Assembly (NCBI GenBank): GCA_963663895.2
Contig: CAXXRD010000005.1
Span: 64,001-128,000 of the forward strand
Length of the DNA: 64,000 nt
DNA from: Dehalococcoidia bacterium
GTDB taxonomy: Bacteria; Chloroflexota; Dehalococcoidia; Bin125
Reading direction: 5' to 3'
How positions within the stretch are numbered: position 1 is the first letter of the stretch; each line of letters opens with the position of its first letter. Both the position numbers and the translations under genes were made by a program. Below the pieces are notes generated by a model that ran no database searches, was not told the origin of the DNA, and worked only from the letters and a program-made list of their open reading frames with translations. Below are positions 27,952-39,788 of this stretch, piece after piece.

Positions 27952-28272
27952 ATGTACCGACGCGTATTCCGGGGGCAGGTGGCGCCGGGACGCCACGGCG
28001 AGTTCTTGGCGGCAGTGGAGGAGGCGCTTCTCTACCAGCATCAGCGCGGGATCCGTGCCCGCTACTCGGTCTGGGACGCGCTCACGGGGCGCGCGAGCGA
28101 GGTAGAGATCGTCTCGGAATTCGAGTCGTTGCAGGACTTGGAGCAATTCGAGGAGCTCGTGGCACAGGACCAGGCTTTTGCGGGCATCCGGCAGCGCGTA
28201 CGGGCGGCGATGATGTTCGAGAGTACGATGGTCACGTTGTACCGCCAGCTGGACGTGAGCCCGACGAGCTAG
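27952..28272 (+). CDS. Hypothetical protein (possible dimeric alpha-beta barrel)
   Basis: Strong RBS GAGGAGG; EIVSEFESLQDLE pattern. Confidence 0.6.
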   Translation: MYRRVFRGQVAPGRHGEFLAAVEEALLYQHQRGIRARYSVWDALTGRASEVEIVSEFESLQDLEQFEELVAQDQAFAGIRQRVRAAMMFESTMVTLYRQLDVSPTS

Positions 28273-29847
28273 GCGCCGCCGGCGGCCTCGCGCGTGGGGA
28301 GGAGTCCGAGCGTTGCGCTCCATTCCTCCTGCACGCGGGCGACGGCGGCCGCATCGGTGCCGATCACGGCCCAGACTTCCGTGTCGTTCCTCGCCACCCA
28401 GATCGAGCGATTACCGTCGGTGGCGGTGACGGCACCGCCGGCCGTGAGCTCGACGACGTTGTCCGCGGTTTCGCTCAGGAGCCGGGCATACTGCTCGAAG
28501 AACTCACTGGCGTCCTGACGCGTGTCCCACGCGGTGTGCCATGCGAGCAGGCTGGTGTCGTTGGGTCCGATATAGAGGCTAAGGCGGTCGCCGCCCCAGC
28601 CGGCGCCCGCGCGGGCGGCGTCTGCACGGGGAAGGAAGTGGTCTAGATACTCGGTGATGATGAACTCGCCGATGGTGTCGTGACCGATCGGCAGCCAGTC
28701 GGCGCCGCTAAGCGCCGTGCGGAGATCGGGGTTGGGAAGGACGATGGGCTCCAGCGACGCGGGGTCGGCCGGAGGGTCGATGGAGTGGAGGAGTTGCTCG
28801 GTGGACTTAGGAGATATGGCAAGGACGCCATTAATGCCCTCGAACCCGGATCTGTCGCGGATATGAGCGGCGATCAAGGCGCCTTCGATGTAGGGAGAGA
28901 AGAAGATCTCTTTAACGATGGTTGGGGATGGCCAGGCGCGGGGCGGGCAGGACGTCTAGTGCAGTGGGGAGTTGTGGTCCGTACCGTTCGATGAGGTCCC
29001 TGAAGAGACTTTCGGCGACTGTGGCATCGCCTTCGACGATAAAGCGGAAGGCGAGGCGAGCGTCGGAGTTGCCGGAGAGTTCCTCGAACGTGTCTCCGAT
29101 CTGAAAGTGCTGGTCCTGCAAGGCGTGTATGAACTCGTGGGTAACGGTGTCGAGATCACGGGAGGAGAGGCCGTCGTTGCCGCTAACGATGACGAAGGAT
29201 GCGATATCCGGATCGTAAAAGCCAAGCACCCCGCTCTCGATCAGGTCCCGTTGCAGCTCGACCAAGCTGTCCTTCTCGTCGAGCAGGCCGAGGAGCCGGA
29301 GGGCGAACTCGGAGGCAAGATCCTCGCGCCGATCGGCATCGTCGGTGCCGGATTCGAAGTAGGTGACGATGTCGCTTCGGCGGATGAGGTAGACGGGGAC
29401 TTCTCGGAGAAGTGGAAGGCCGCGCCGCTCGGCGACGGTTTGCCCGATTTCGTTCAGGATCTCTTTGTCCGCCGGGTCGGTCAGCGCGATGAGCAGGTCT
29501 ACTCGAAGTCCCGGTGGGGCGCTTTCGAGGCTGGGCGCGGGGACTACGGGTTCGCCGGCATCCGGTGGAGAGGGTGGTTCAACGGGTTGGGGAGGAGGGC
29601 GCTCGTTAGGGGGCGGTTGCGCGACGAGGGGCGGCTCGGCGGATGTGGGCGATATGGGAGGCGATTGGGCGTCAGGAGGTGGTTCGTTGGTGGCTGGCGG
29701 TGCGGGCGGCGGCTCGATGTCCTCCCAGGCTTGCTGGCGGGGAGCTTCGCTGGCGCGGGGCGGGGGGTCCTCACCGCAAGCAGTGAGGAGGAAGGCGAGC
29801 GTCGTGGCGAATGCGATGCAGGCAGCAGGGAAACGAAGGACCGCCAT
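28269..29847 (-). CDS. Lipoprotein with HExxH zincin-like domain, frameshifted near 28920
   Basis: Lipobox LTAC, Pro-rich linker, GFYDP, HEFIHALQDQHF, EGDA; second frame continues FSPYIEG...STEQLL...GWGGD. Confidence 0.75.
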
Positions 29848-29922
29848 TGGAGAGAGCTCCGTTTATATACTCAAGGTAGCCAGTCGGCGAGCGCAGACCG
29901 CGATCGGAGTAAAGAGGAGAAC

Positions 29923-30180
29923 GTGATAGTCGAGCGCGACGCGAGTGTGGTAGCGGAGTATCGGGAAGCGTGGGACGCTTGGCAATTGCAGTTAGAGAGG
30001 GTGCACCAGACGTTTCTGGATGGTGTGCCGTTGGGGGCCCCGCAACTCAAAGGGTTGCTGAACCGGGAGACGCGCGCCAAGGAACGCTACGACGCGGCGC
30101 GGCGCAAGCTGCTGGGTCTGCCCTATACAGGAGCGGAAGCGGATGGATTCGCGATCCCTCCCGGACCGCCGGCGCGGTAG
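29923..30180 (+). CDS. Hypothetical protein (85 aa)
   Basis: RBS GAGGAG then GTG; helical LKGLLNRETRAKERYDAARRKLLG. Confidence 0.65.
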   Translation: MIVERDASVVAEYREAWDAWQLQLERVHQTFLDGVPLGAPQLKGLLNRETRAKERYDAARRKLLGLPYTGAEADGFAIPPGPPAR

Positions 30181-30395
30181 GGGCCTGCGGCGGTGGTGGA
30201 TTTGGTGATAGCGACGCCGCGGTCGCGCCGATCCCGTGGGATCCGCCAGTGGTGAGAGCATTGCGTCCGGATCCCTCGACGTTGGGCTCGTGCTCGTTGG
30301 GGGACAGAAAATTGATCGGGCCGAATTGGCAGCCGTAGACTGACTACAGCGCGCGAGGGGCGACCTGCGAGTCGCTCGCGCGGCACGGGGATGCC

Positions 30396-30842
30396 GTGGA
30401 CGAATACGGGGTCGATCTAGACGAGATCGGGCGCGTCATTGATGCGGCGGAGGTGTTGGTGGTGCGCTTCCAGGTGGTGGAGGCGCGGCTGTTGCTCGAT
30501 TTTCGAACGTCGCCCAGCGAGGAGCCGCTGGTCAAGGTTGTTCCACGTGCCGGGTCGGTGGAGGAGCGCTTCCGTAGCCTGAAGAAGCTGCGCCCGGCTT
30601 TCCCCCTGCCCGATCGGATTCTTTCCTTCCTGTGGCCGCGTGGCGTGCTGGCACTGGAAGAGTCCGGCGTCCTTGGTCGATTGGAGCGTCGCTTGGGCGA
30701 GTTGGGCGGCGCGGCGGCGCAGACCGCGTGCACAGAGGCCTATGACGAGCTGCGGCGCGAGGAGTCGGCGATGCTCGTGGCGGCGATCCGGGGTGGTGAC
30801 GGGTTTCAGACCTTGTGGCAGCGGGATCCCGAGATTGACTAG
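30396..30842 (+). CDS. Hypothetical protein
   Basis: Clean ORF with coding-like codon usage, directly upstream of ltaE. Confidence 0.7.
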   Translation: MDEYGVDLDEIGRVIDAAEVLVVRFQVVEARLLLDFRTSPSEEPLVKVVPRAGSVEERFRSLKKLRPAFPLPDRILSFLWPRGVLALEESGVLGRLERRLGELGGAAAQTACTEAYDELRREESAMLVAAIRGGDGFQTLWQRDPEID

Positions 30843-30858
30843 CGCAGTGGGGCCTGCT

Positions 30859-31908
30859 GTGGCGATCGACCTGCGTAGCGACACCGTCACGCAGCCGACG
30901 CCGGCTATGCGGCGTGCAATGGCGGAGGCGGTGGTAGGAGATGACGTCTTCGGCGAGGACCCAACCGTCAATGCGCTGGAGATGGAGGCGGCGCGGCGGT
31001 TGGGCAAAGAGGCTGCGCTGTTCGTCGCAAGCGGGACGATGGGGAATTTGGTTGCGCTCCTGACGCACTGCGAGGCGGGCGATGAGGTGCTCGTGGGCGA
31101 TCAGGCGCACATTTTTCAGCGTGAAGTGGGGGCGGCGGCGCGCGTAGCGGGTTTGATGATCAGCACACTGCCAAACGAGTCCGATGGAGGATTCGATCCG
31201 GAGCGTGTGCGCCGGATGGTGCGCGGATCGGACTTGCACGAACCCCGGACTCGCTTACTGACGCTGGAGAACACGCACAACTATCTGGGTGGGGCGGTGC
31301 TGAGCGTTGCGCGGACGCGTGCACTCACTGATATCGCGCGGGAGATGGGTCTGCGCAGCCATTTGGATGGGGCACGGATATTTAATGCCGCGTTGGCGGC
31401 GGATGCGTCGGCGGCGGAGCTTGCGGCGAGCTGTGATTCGGTGGGGTTCTGCCTGTCAAAGGGGTTGGCGGCGCCGGTGGGATCGCTGCTCTGCGGAGAG
31501 GCGCCTTTCATTGAGCGCGCGCGCAAGTATCGCAAGATGCTGGGTGGTGGCATGCGCCAGGCGGGGGTGCTGGCGGCGGCGGGCTTGGTGGCGCTGCGTG
31601 AGATGGTGTCGCGGCTGGAGGCGGACCACGCCAACGCGCGCCGCTTGGCCTGGGGCTTGGCGGAGCTCGGCCTGCCGGTCGACGTGGAGGGCGTCCAGAC
31701 GAACATCGTGGTGGTGCCGGTTCCCGGCGGCGCGGGGCAGGCTTTCCAGCGCGCGCTGGCGGAGCGGGGAGTGCTGGCGACGGTGATTAGTAGTGGGCGG
31801 GCGCGGTTCGTGACGCACTATGGGATCGAAGAGCAGGACGTGGACGAGGCGCTGAGCCGGGTAGAGGCCGTGTTACCGGAGCGGTTTGTGAAGGCTGTTG
31901 CGGAGTGA
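30859..31908 (+). CDS. ltaE: Low-specificity L-threonine aldolase
   Basis: [57 protein letters not shown]. Confidence 0.95.
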   Translation: MAIDLRSDTVTQPTPAMRRAMAEAVVGDDVFGEDPTVNALEMEAARRLGKEAALFVASGTMGNLVALLTHCEAGDEVLVGDQAHIFQREVGAAARVAGLMISTLPNESDGGFDPERVRRMVRGSDLHEPRTRLLTLENTHNYLGGAVLSVARTRALTDIAREMGLRSHLDGARIFNAALAADASAAELAASCDSVGFCLSKGLAAPVGSLLCGEAPFIERARKYRKMLGGGMRQAGVLAAAGLVALREMVSRLEADHANARRLAWGLAELGLPVDVEGVQTNIVVVPVPGGAGQAFQRALAERGVLATVISSGRARFVTHYGIEEQDVDEALSRVEAVLPERFVKAVAE

Positions 31909-32702
31909 GGGGCCGGTGGCGGCAGCGCCTGCTCGCCGTCTGTGCGGTAGTGGTTGTCCTCGCCGTTGCCTGTAGCGAGGAGTCCGAGTTTCCCGATCCT
32001 AGTGATCCGGTCAGCGCCCTGCCTTGGCCGGACTACGAGCTGACGCGCTACACCATCACGGATCAGACGGACGAGGTGCTGGGCTCGGTTGAGTTCGAGA
32101 TCGCGCGCCAGGGAGAGGAGTATGCGCTGCGGGTGCTGTTCATGCTGGACAACCCGCCGCTGCACGATGAGACGATGGTACGCATCCGGGCGGACTCGCT
32201 GGAGCCGATCGGCTACGAGCGGCGAGCGTCCGACGACGAGGACCAACTGGAGGTGACGGGAAGCTACAGCCGAGACACAGTGGTCGTGCGAATAGTAGAG
32301 AACGGGATCGTGCGAGTGGCAGAGAACGGGGAAGAGGAAGTGGAGACGGGAGAGTTCGCGTTCGATAACGACAGCTCAGCCTGGCTGTGGCGCAGCATCG
32401 CCTTCGATCAAGACGCGCAAGTGGTGTACCGCTCGGTGAACGTGCCCCAGCGGCGAAGTCAACTCGTACGGTTACGGGTGCGGGGCCAAGATTGCGTCGC
32501 CGTGCCGGCGGGGAATTTCCTTGCATGGCAGGTGGAAGTGCGGCCTGGGCTGGACCGGCAGACCGTGTGGTACGCGGTGGAGGACCCCCAACTCTTGATC
32601 CGCTGGGACCAGGAGCCGCGCCGGTTCCTCCTGCGAGAGGTGGTCACCGCGCGCGGTGGTGATCCGATCGCAGTCGAGAGCGGGAATTGCGCGGTTCCTT
32701 AG
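31905..32702 (+). CDS. Lipoprotein, DUF3108-like beta-rich
   Basis: Lipobox AVAC; [12 protein letters not shown] motif. Confidence 0.6.
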   Translation: MRGRWRQRLLAVCAVVVVLAVACSEESEFPDPSDPVSALPWPDYELTRYTITDQTDEVLGSVEFEIARQGEEYALRVLFMLDNPPLHDETMVRIRADSLEPIGYERRASDDEDQLEVTGSYSRDTVVVRIVENGIVRVAENGEEEVETGEFAFDNDSSAWLWRSIAFDQDAQVVYRSVNVPQRRSQLVRLRVRGQDCVAVPAGNFLAWQVEVRPGLDRQTVWYAVEDPQLLIRWDQEPRRFLLREVVTARGGDPIAVESGNCAVP

Positions 32703-32831
32703 GGTGCGGGATTCCCGCCGGGAGACTGGCAGTTTCGCCGTCGTGGACGGCGTGGGGCATTGAGTTGCCCGAGGGGAGATCGGCGGGAGCTGCGGGTTGC
32801 GAACTGGTGGGTTCACTCTGGTGCGCAGGGC

Positions 32832-33383
32832 TCAAAACGGCGCGCGGAGCCAGTCCCAGATCGCCTCAAGGGCTTCGATGAAAGTGAAGTCGTCGAGCCA
32901 GCGGCCTTCGTGCAGGACGAATTCTTGGAACGTCTTGATCGCCGTGAGGAAGACGAGCCAAAACGCCACGTTCCAGCGATTGAAACGGAACTGCGTGCCG
33001 CGCAGACGCGGGTACCAGTGGGGAAGGCTGGCGACGAAGAGGAACCAAAACTCGAAGACGTTGGGGAAGAAGAGCAGCAGGTCACGGTTCCCGGTGGTTT
33101 CGAAGACGATGAACCCGACGAGGCGATAGCTGAAGAGGGTGAGGGCGATATCTTTGGCGGGGCCCTGCCAGCGCCAGGCAACGAGCAGGAAGGCCAGCAT
33201 ATACACCTGGTCGCTGTACTTGTCGAAGCGCTGGTAGTCACCGAGACCGCCCAGATCGAGCAGGTTCATCCAGAGCAGGTCGCTCAGATCGATGAAGACG
33301 GCGATGAGGCCGCCCACGAAAGCCCAGCGCAGAACTGGGAGTGAGCCGAGGACGCGGATCGCGCCGACGACGAGGATCTCCAT
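32832..33383 (-). CDS. Hypothetical membrane protein
   Basis: Several TM segments; YQRFDK..D and FFPNVFE motifs. Confidence 0.7.
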   Translation of the reverse strand: MEILVVGAIRVLGSLPVLRWAFVGGLIAVFIDLSDLLWMNLLDLGGLGDYQRFDKYSDQVYMLAFLLVAWRWQGPAKDIALTLFSYRLVGFIVFETTGNRDLLLFFPNVFEFWFLFVASLPHWYPRLRGTQFRFNRWNVAFWLVFLTAIKTFQEFVLHEGRWLDDFTFIEALEAIWDWLRAPF

Positions 33384-33444
33384 GGGGCTATTGTCAGCCG
33401 CGCGGGTATGCCGCGCCTAGTGGCCTGGCGGCAGGTGGCGGGAG

Positions 33445-34119
33445 CTAGTAGGTGGAGACGTTGATCTCGGTGAGCTGGCCCGTGACGAGGAAGATGGCGC
33501 GCTCGCAGATGTTGGTGGCGCGATCGGCGATGCGCTCAAGGTTATGGGAGCACCAGATCACGTGAGTGACGGCGTCGAACTCGCTGGCGTCGTGAGGAAC
33601 GCCGGCGAGCCGCCGCACAAGACGCTGGTTGACGGCGGTGTAGAGTTCATCGACCTCATCGTCGAGATCACAGGTGGCACGCGCGCGCGCTTCGTCTTTC
33701 TCGATGAACGCTGCGATGGCGAGGCGGAGCATGCCTTGGGCCTTGTCTTTCATCTCCCAGAGTGCGGGTTCCTCGCTGGCGATGGGGTCGTCTTGGAGGA
33801 ACAAGGCGATACGGGCGATACCGTCGGCGTGATCCGCGATGCGTTCGAGCTCGGTGACGATGGAGAGGACGGAGACCATCTCGCGCAGGTCGGAGGCGAC
33901 GGGCGCCTGGCGAGCCATGATGTCGAGGCACCGTTCCTCAATGGCGTATCGCTCGGCGTTGATCTCGTCGTCACCCTCGACGACCGCTCTGGCAAGCGCG
34001 AGGTCGCGGCGCTGGAGTGCGTCCATCGCGTCGGTGATGGCTTTGTCAGTACGAGAGTGGAGCAGACGGACATCGTCGTGGAGTCTGGCGATGCCTTCTT
34101 CGAGAAGCGTGCGCGCCAT
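33445..34119 (-). CDS. phoU: Phosphate signalling protein PhoU
   Basis: QAPVASDLR, ELERIADHA, DDEVD, NLERIADRATNICE. Confidence 0.95.
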   Translation of the reverse strand: MARTLLEEGIARLHDDVRLLHSRTDKAITDAMDALQRRDLALARAVVEGDDEINAERYAIEERCLDIMARQAPVASDLREMVSVLSIVTELERIADHADGIARIALFLQDDPIASEEPALWEMKDKAQGMLRLAIAAFIEKDEARARATCDLDDEVDELYTAVNQRLVRRLAGVPHDASEFDAVTHVIWCSHNLERIADRATNICERAIFLVTGQLTEINVSTY

Positions 34120-34140
34120 AGCGAATCCTTCCGCCCGCGG

Positions 34141-35080
34141 CTAGCCGTAGCGCCCTGTGATGTAATCCTCGGTGCGGGAGTCCTTGGGGTTGGTGAAGAT
34201 GTCGTTTGTCGGCGCGAATTCGACGAGGCGGCCGGTACGGTCATCGGCGGCGAGCAGGAAAGCCGTGTAGTCGGAGACGCGGGCGGCTTGCTGCATGTTG
34301 TGCGTGACGACGACGATCGTGTAGTCCTCCGCGAGTTCGCGCATGAGGTCCTCGATCTTGAGGGTGGCGACCGGGTCCAAGGCGCTGCAAGGCTCGTCCA
34401 TGAGAATGACGTCCGGTGAGACGGCGATGGCGCGAGCGATGCAGAGGCGCTGCTGCTGACCGCCGGAGAGCGCAAGCGCGTTCTTCTTCAGATCGTCTTT
34501 GACTTCGTCCCAGAGGGCAGCGCGCCTGAGGGATTGTTCTACGAGTTCCTTGAGGTCCCCCTTTGTAGCCATTCACCCGTGGGCCGAAGGCGACGTTGTC
34601 GAAGATGGATTTCGGGAAGGGATTCGGCTTCTGGAAGACCATGCCGATGCGGCGGCGGATGATTACGGGATCGACGCCGTAGCCGACCAACTGTTCCCCT
34701 TCGAAGTCAATGGATCCCGTCATGCGGAAGCTGGGGACCAGATCGTTCATGCGATCGAAGCAGCGGAGCAGCGTGCTCTTCCCGCAACCGGAGGGGCCGA
34801 TCAGGGCAGTGACGCGCCCTTTCGCGATGTCGAGGTCGATGCTGTCGAGCGCCTGGAAGTCGCCGTAGTAAACGGAGAGGTTGCGAACGCGCAGCGAGAG
34901 ATCTTCCCTGACCTCCTGACGGACGGCGGCCTGCTGGGCCCGGATCTCGCCGGTAAGGTCGCGGTCCGCGCTGGGAATTTGCGTTGCGGCCTGCCCCGTG
35001 CGGGGAGCCGGGACGCGGCGGCCGGCGTCCGAGTCGTCGTCGTGGGTGTCCGGGGTCTTAGGGTGCTTGAGCATGGTCAC
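34141..35080 (-). CDS. pstB: Phosphate ABC transporter ATPase, frameshifted at a G run near 34557
   Basis: [24 protein letters not shown]; second frame [33 protein letters not shown]. Confidence 0.92.
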
Positions 35081-35094
35081 CCGATCCCTCGTTT

Positions 35095-36003
35095 CTACCA
35101 GCGTACGCGGGTCTTCGCTCTGAGGAAAATGGCGAGGCTGTTCATGATCAGCAGGATGATCAAGAGCAGGATGATGCCGGCGGCGGCGATCTCTTGGAAA
35201 CCGGGCTGGGGTCGCGATACCCAGTTGAAGATTTGGATCGGCAGGACGGTGAAGGGATCCAGCGGGTCCTGGGGCAGGAAGGCGATGAAGGTGAGTGCGC
35301 CGATCATGATCAGTGGCGCGGTTTCGCCAATGGCGCGGGACATGGCGAGAATATTGCCGGTGAGCATGCCGCCGAAGGCATACGGCAGGACGACCGAGCG
35401 GGTGACCTGCCAGCGCGTGGCGCCGAGGGCGTAGGCGCCTTCGCGCATGGAGGGGGGAACGGCGCGCAAGGACTCTTGGCCGGCCACGATGATGATGGGC
35501 ATGACGAGAAGGGCCATCGTCAAAGCCCCGGAGAGCACGCTGCGCTCGAGCTCCATGGCGCGTACGAAGAGCTGGAGGCCGAGCAGGCCGTAGACGATGG
35601 AGGGGATGCCGGCGAGGTTGGCGATGTTGAGCTGGACGAGACGCGAGAACCAGTTGCGCCGAGCGTACTCTTCTAGATAGATGGCCGCTGCGACCCCGAG
35701 AGGGAAAGCGACGGCAGCGGTGATGACCATCATGTAGAGCGTGCCGATGACGGCCGCCTTCACCCCCGCCCGATCGGGAAAGCGGGAGGCGAAGCTATTC
35801 AGGAAATTGGTGTCGAGGATGGTGGGGAGTCCGAAAAGACGGGCAGCGCCGTCGAGGACAACATCAACGACGAGCGCGCCCAGCATGGTAAGTCCGATGA
35901 GCACCGCGAGGAGGCAGGAGCCGACAAAGATCCGACCGATCCAGCGGCGAAGCGTGAGGCGAGGGTTCCAGACAGTCGGCGCGGGCGCCGCGACCGTGGT
36001 CAT
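35095..36003 (-). CDS. pstA: Phosphate ABC transporter permease PstA
   Basis: [40 protein letters not shown]. Confidence 0.95.
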   Translation of the reverse strand: MTTVAAPAPTVWNPRLTLRRWIGRIFVGSCLLAVLIGLTMLGALVVDVVLDGAARLFGLPTILDTNFLNSFASRFPDRAGVKAAVIGTLYMMVITAAVAFPLGVAAAIYLEEYARRNWFSRLVQLNIANLAGIPSIVYGLLGLQLFVRAMELERSVLSGALTMALLVMPIIIVAGQESLRAVPPSMREGAYALGATRWQVTRSVVLPYAFGGMLTGNILAMSRAIGETAPLIMIGALTFIAFLPQDPLDPFTVLPIQIFNWVSRPQPGFQEIAAAGIILLLIILLIMNSLAIFLRAKTRVRW

Positions 36004-36970
36004 TCGTACTCCTCACGGAAGCGGTGCGCGACCCACTGGGCGATGAGGTTCATGCCCAGCGTGAAGACGAAGAGCGTCATCGCGACGGCGAAGAGCGTGC
36101 GGAACTCCAGGCTGCCTTGGGGGGTATCGCCAAGGCTGATTTGGACGATGAACGAGGTCATCGTCTGAATCGTCTCGCGGGGGTCGATGGTGAAATTGGG
36201 GTTCTGGCCGGCGGCGATGGTGACGATCATGGTCTCGCCGATCGCGCGCGAGAAGGCAAGGATGATGGAGGCGATGACGCCGGAGAGCGCGGCGGGAAGC
36301 ACGACGCGGACCGCCGTCTCCATCCGCGTCGCGCCCATTGCGAAGGACGCCTCCCGGAGGGAGCGCGGTACGGCCGACATGGCGTCCTCACTGAGGGAAG
36401 AGATCATGGGGAGGACCATGATGCCCATGACGATGCCGGCGCTGAGCGCATTGAAGATGCTCACTCCGGGAATGTTGAAAATGTCGCGGATGATTGGAGT
36501 GATGAAGAGCAAGGCGAAGTAGCCGTAGACGACGGTGGGGACCCCCGCCAGGATTTCAAGGACGGGCTTGACGACTTCGCGAACTTTTTCTGGAGCGAAC
36601 TCGCTCAGGAAAATCGCGGCCAGCAGTCCGAGCGGCACTCCGACGATGAGCGCGATCACCGCCACCATCACGGTGCCGCTGACGAGCGCCCATACGCCGA
36701 AGCTCTGATCCGAGGTGATGAGCGGGGACCACTGCGTAGAGCCGAAGTACTCGAGGAAGCTGATTTCGCGGAAGAACTCGATCGTTTTCGAAGAGCAGGA
36801 TGAAAACGATGCCGATGGTGACGAGTGCGCCCAGCGAGGCGCTGAGGAAGAGGAGGAGATGGGCGACGCGGCCGCTGGACGTTTCACCGCCCCGCGCCGC
36901 TCCGGCTCGGGTTGAGGTAGGTGCGCCAGAGATGTTGCAGCGTGGAGCGACGGGGAAGCGTGTGGATCAC
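36000..36970 (-). CDS. pstC: Phosphate ABC transporter permease PstC, frameshifted near 36786; start uncertain
   Basis: [30 protein letters not shown]; first TM helix ([24 protein letters not shown]) lies in another frame. Confidence 0.9.
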
Positions 36971-37002
36971 GCGCCGAGGCTACGGAGCACGCTGCGGGAG
37001 TG

Positions 37003-37020
37003 GGTTAAGAGGCGGTTAAG
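37003..37020 (-). promoter_or_regulatory. Putative PHO box upstream of pstC
   Basis: CTTAACC-N4-CTTAACC direct repeat with 11-bp period on the minus strand. Confidence 0.65.
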
Positions 37021-38799
37021 GTCTCCGTCTGCGCCGTCTGCGTGATACTCCTGCGGCGCGGCTCGTCCGCGGCGCGTTCCCGATCTATCGAGACGGGGAG
37101 GGAGAAGGAGAACGTCGAGCCGTGGCCGAGTTCACTTTCGAGGGCGACCTCGCCCCCGTGGATCTGGGCGATATGCCGAACCAACGCCAAGCCCAAGCCG
37201 CTCCCCATGCTGGCCGGAGCGGGAGCGATCGAGCTGATAGAAGCGCTGGAACACCCGGCTCTGCTCTTCGCGGGGGATCCCGATGCCGGTGTCACGGACG
37301 CAGAGCCACGCCATGTTGCTTTGTGACCGTGCGAAGACGGTGATCGCACCGGGCGCCGGGGTGAACTTGGTAGCGTTCTGGAGAAGATTGAGGAGGGCCT
37401 GAAGAGCGAGATCGGGGATCGGCGGCGATGGCGAAGTGGGGCGGTACGACGGGCTCCACCGCAAGGGTCAAGCCTGCGCGGGCGGCCTGTGGGCGGATGC
37501 GCTCGGCGGCTTCCGTGATCAATTGCGCAACCTCCACGGATCGGATCTGTGGCTGGGCGAGGCCGGATTCGAGGCGGGCAAGTTCCAGCATCTCCTCAAC
37601 CAGTTGGGCCATGCGATCCGTCTCGGCGTGAATGATCTGATGGAAGCGGGCGGCCTCGTGCTGGGGGAGGCCTTGCTCAAGGGTTTCGATGGCGCCGCTG
37701 ATTGAGGTCAGCGGCGTACGGAGTTCGTGCGAGATATTGGCGACGAAGTCACGGCGAGCGGCTTCGGCTGCGTGGAGGGCCGTGGACGTCGTGCATGACG
37801 AGGACGGCGGACCAGTCGCCCCCTTCAGCAACGGGAGCGGCGACGGTTTGGAAGTGGCGCTCGTTGTGGCGAATGAGGGCGGGAGGAGCAGGCGTCCCGC
37901 TTTGAGCTTGCCGGACGAGTTCATAGATCTGGTGGTCAGGGAGGACGTCGAGCAGGGATGCACCGACGACGGTCTCGTTGGTGGGGCGGGCCGCGTGCGC
38001 GGCTGGGTTGGCGGTAGAGCACGGTGCCCCCATGGTCGACCGCGACGACGATGTCCGCGGATGCGGCGAGCGCAGCCGCGAGGCGGCGGCGCTCGTCAGC
38101 CAGCGCGTTGCGCTCACGCTGCAGCTCTGCCTGGGTTGCGTTGAGCGCGCGAGCGATGGCGCGCGTCTGCTCGGGCCCGCTGAGCGGGAGGGGAGTGGCG
38201 GCTATGGCGGCACGGCCGAGTCGCTGCAAGGGACGAGCGATCGCGGTGTGAAGGACAAGGATCGCGATGATACCGCCGAGCGTGGCGATGGCCGTCGCGA
38301 TCGCGACGGAGCTGACCAGCGAGTCGCCGCCGCGCGCTGAATCCGGCAGGGCGACCCGCGCGAATCCGAGGAGCGCGCCTGTGCTATCGCGCACGGCGAC
38401 GGCGACGAAGGTTGCGGATTCGCCAACGGCAGGGGCGTGGCGGCGGGCGCGGCCCACGCCACGCGCAGTGGCTTCGGTGATTTCGGGCTGGGTCGCCTGG
38501 TTGATGCCCGCGCCGTCGGGCGCGCCGAAGACCGTACCGTTCGGGGCGATAAAGCTGACCGCACCGTCGCCTTGGGCGAGTGAGGCGGCGAGAGTTGCCA
38601 GCGCGTCGCCGTTATTCGCGGCGAGCGCGTCGACGGCGAGATGGCCGAGTTGGCGCGCCTGCGCGGCGAGACGGTCGTCGACCGCGTCGTGCGTACTGTT
38701 GATGGCCGTGAGGGTTGCGTAGGTAGCGACTCCGCCTATCACGGCGATCAACACGACGATGGCCGTCGCGCTGAAGCGGGCGCTGAGGCTCTGAAGCAC
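37005..38799 (-). CDS. phoR: Phosphate regulon sensor histidine kinase, multiple frameshifts
   Basis: Fragments across frames: two TM plus [40 protein letters not shown]...[16 protein letters not shown]...HGG. Confidence 0.85.
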
Positions 38800-38808
38800 G
38801 GCTCTACA

Positions 38809-39489
38809 TTACAGCTCGAAGCGGTAGCCGGCGCCGCGGACCGTCAAGAGATGCGTCGGCGTCGCGGGATCAGGCTCGATTTTGCGACGGAGCCAGCGCA
38901 CGTGCACGTCGACGGTGCGGCTGCCTCCGGTGAAATCGTAATTCCAGACGTCATTGAGGATCTGGTCGCGGTCAATGGCACGGCCGGGGCGCTGTGCGAG
39001 ATAGGCGAGGAGATCGTACTCCTTCGGGCGCAGCGGGACGACCGTGCTGGCTTGCCGGAGTTCGCGGCGAGCGGTGTCGAGGGTGAAATCGCCAAAGGTG
39101 ATGATCAGCGGCGCGGCACTCGCGGCGCCGTTGCGGCGTCGGAGATGGGCGCGGACGCGGGCCAGCAGTTCGGCGATGCTAAAGGGTTTCGTAATGTAGT
39201 CGTCCGCGCCGAGGTCGAGGCCATGAACGCGATCGGCCTCGGCCGTACGAGCGGTGAGGACAAGGACGGGGACGTTCGAGTCACGGCGGATCTGCCGCAA
39301 GACCTCAGTACCGCTCAGTAGCGGCAGCATGAGATCCAAAATGATGAGGTCGGGTTGGAGGCGCCGGGCCGACTCGAGCGCTTGCTCGCCATCCCCGGCG
39401 GTGTGGACATCGAAGCCTTCCCGTTCGAGATTGAACCGAATCGTCGTTGCGATATGGTTTTCGTCCTCGACGACTAGGACCGTTGCCAC
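38809..39489 (-). CDS. phoB: OmpR/PhoB-family response regulator
   Basis: VVEDE, LDLMLP, GADDYITKPF, RTVDVHVRWLRRKIE, TVRGAGYRF; in the pst cluster. Confidence 0.88.
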   Translation of the reverse strand: MATVLVVEDENHIATTIRFNLEREGFDVHTAGDGEQALESARRLQPDLIILDLMLPLLSGTEVLRQIRRDSNVPVLVLTARTAEADRVHGLDLGADDYITKPFSIAELLARVRAHLRRRNGAASAAPLIITFGDFTLDTARRELRQASTVVPLRPKEYDLLAYLAQRPGRAIDRDQILNDVWNYDFTGGSRTVDVHVRWLRRKIEPDPATPTHLLTVRGAGYRFEL

Positions 39490-39588
39490 GGCGACGCCTC
39501 CGGCGCGTATAGTCCAGCGGGGCTTTTGGTGGATGCTGGACGGTCATGGTGAGTGTATCGATGGGTCGGGTCGGGTCGTTGCCTTCGC

Positions 39589-39605
39589 GGTTAACTCCCG
39601 GTTAA
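39589..39605 (-). promoter_or_regulatory. Putative PHO box upstream of phoB
   Basis: TTAACC-N5-TTAACC with 11-bp period; TACACT -10-like hexamer near 39553-39558. Confidence 0.6.
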
Positions 39606-39788
39606 TCACGGTCGCGGCTCGGACGGTTGAGAGCCCTGTGGGTGCAAGAGAAGAGGCGCTTGGTCTTGTGGTCGAGCGGATCGGCGGCGGAGTGGCTTGT
39701 CGCCGAGGTCGCTGCCGACTGCTTTGCTAAGGTTCCACGGAGAAGGCGGACGCGACGATCGCTCTGCAAGTGGGGGGCGCGGAGGCCG

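Noticed and set aside
28269-29847. Two separate genes or a programmed frameshift in the zincin lipoprotein
   Set aside because: A single extra base in a short C run explains the break; no slippery heptamer; consistent with indel errors elsewhere
28972-29922. 402-aa plus-strand ORF
   Set aside because: Only the last 85 codons, after an RBS and GTG at 29923, look coding; the rest is antisense to the lipoprotein
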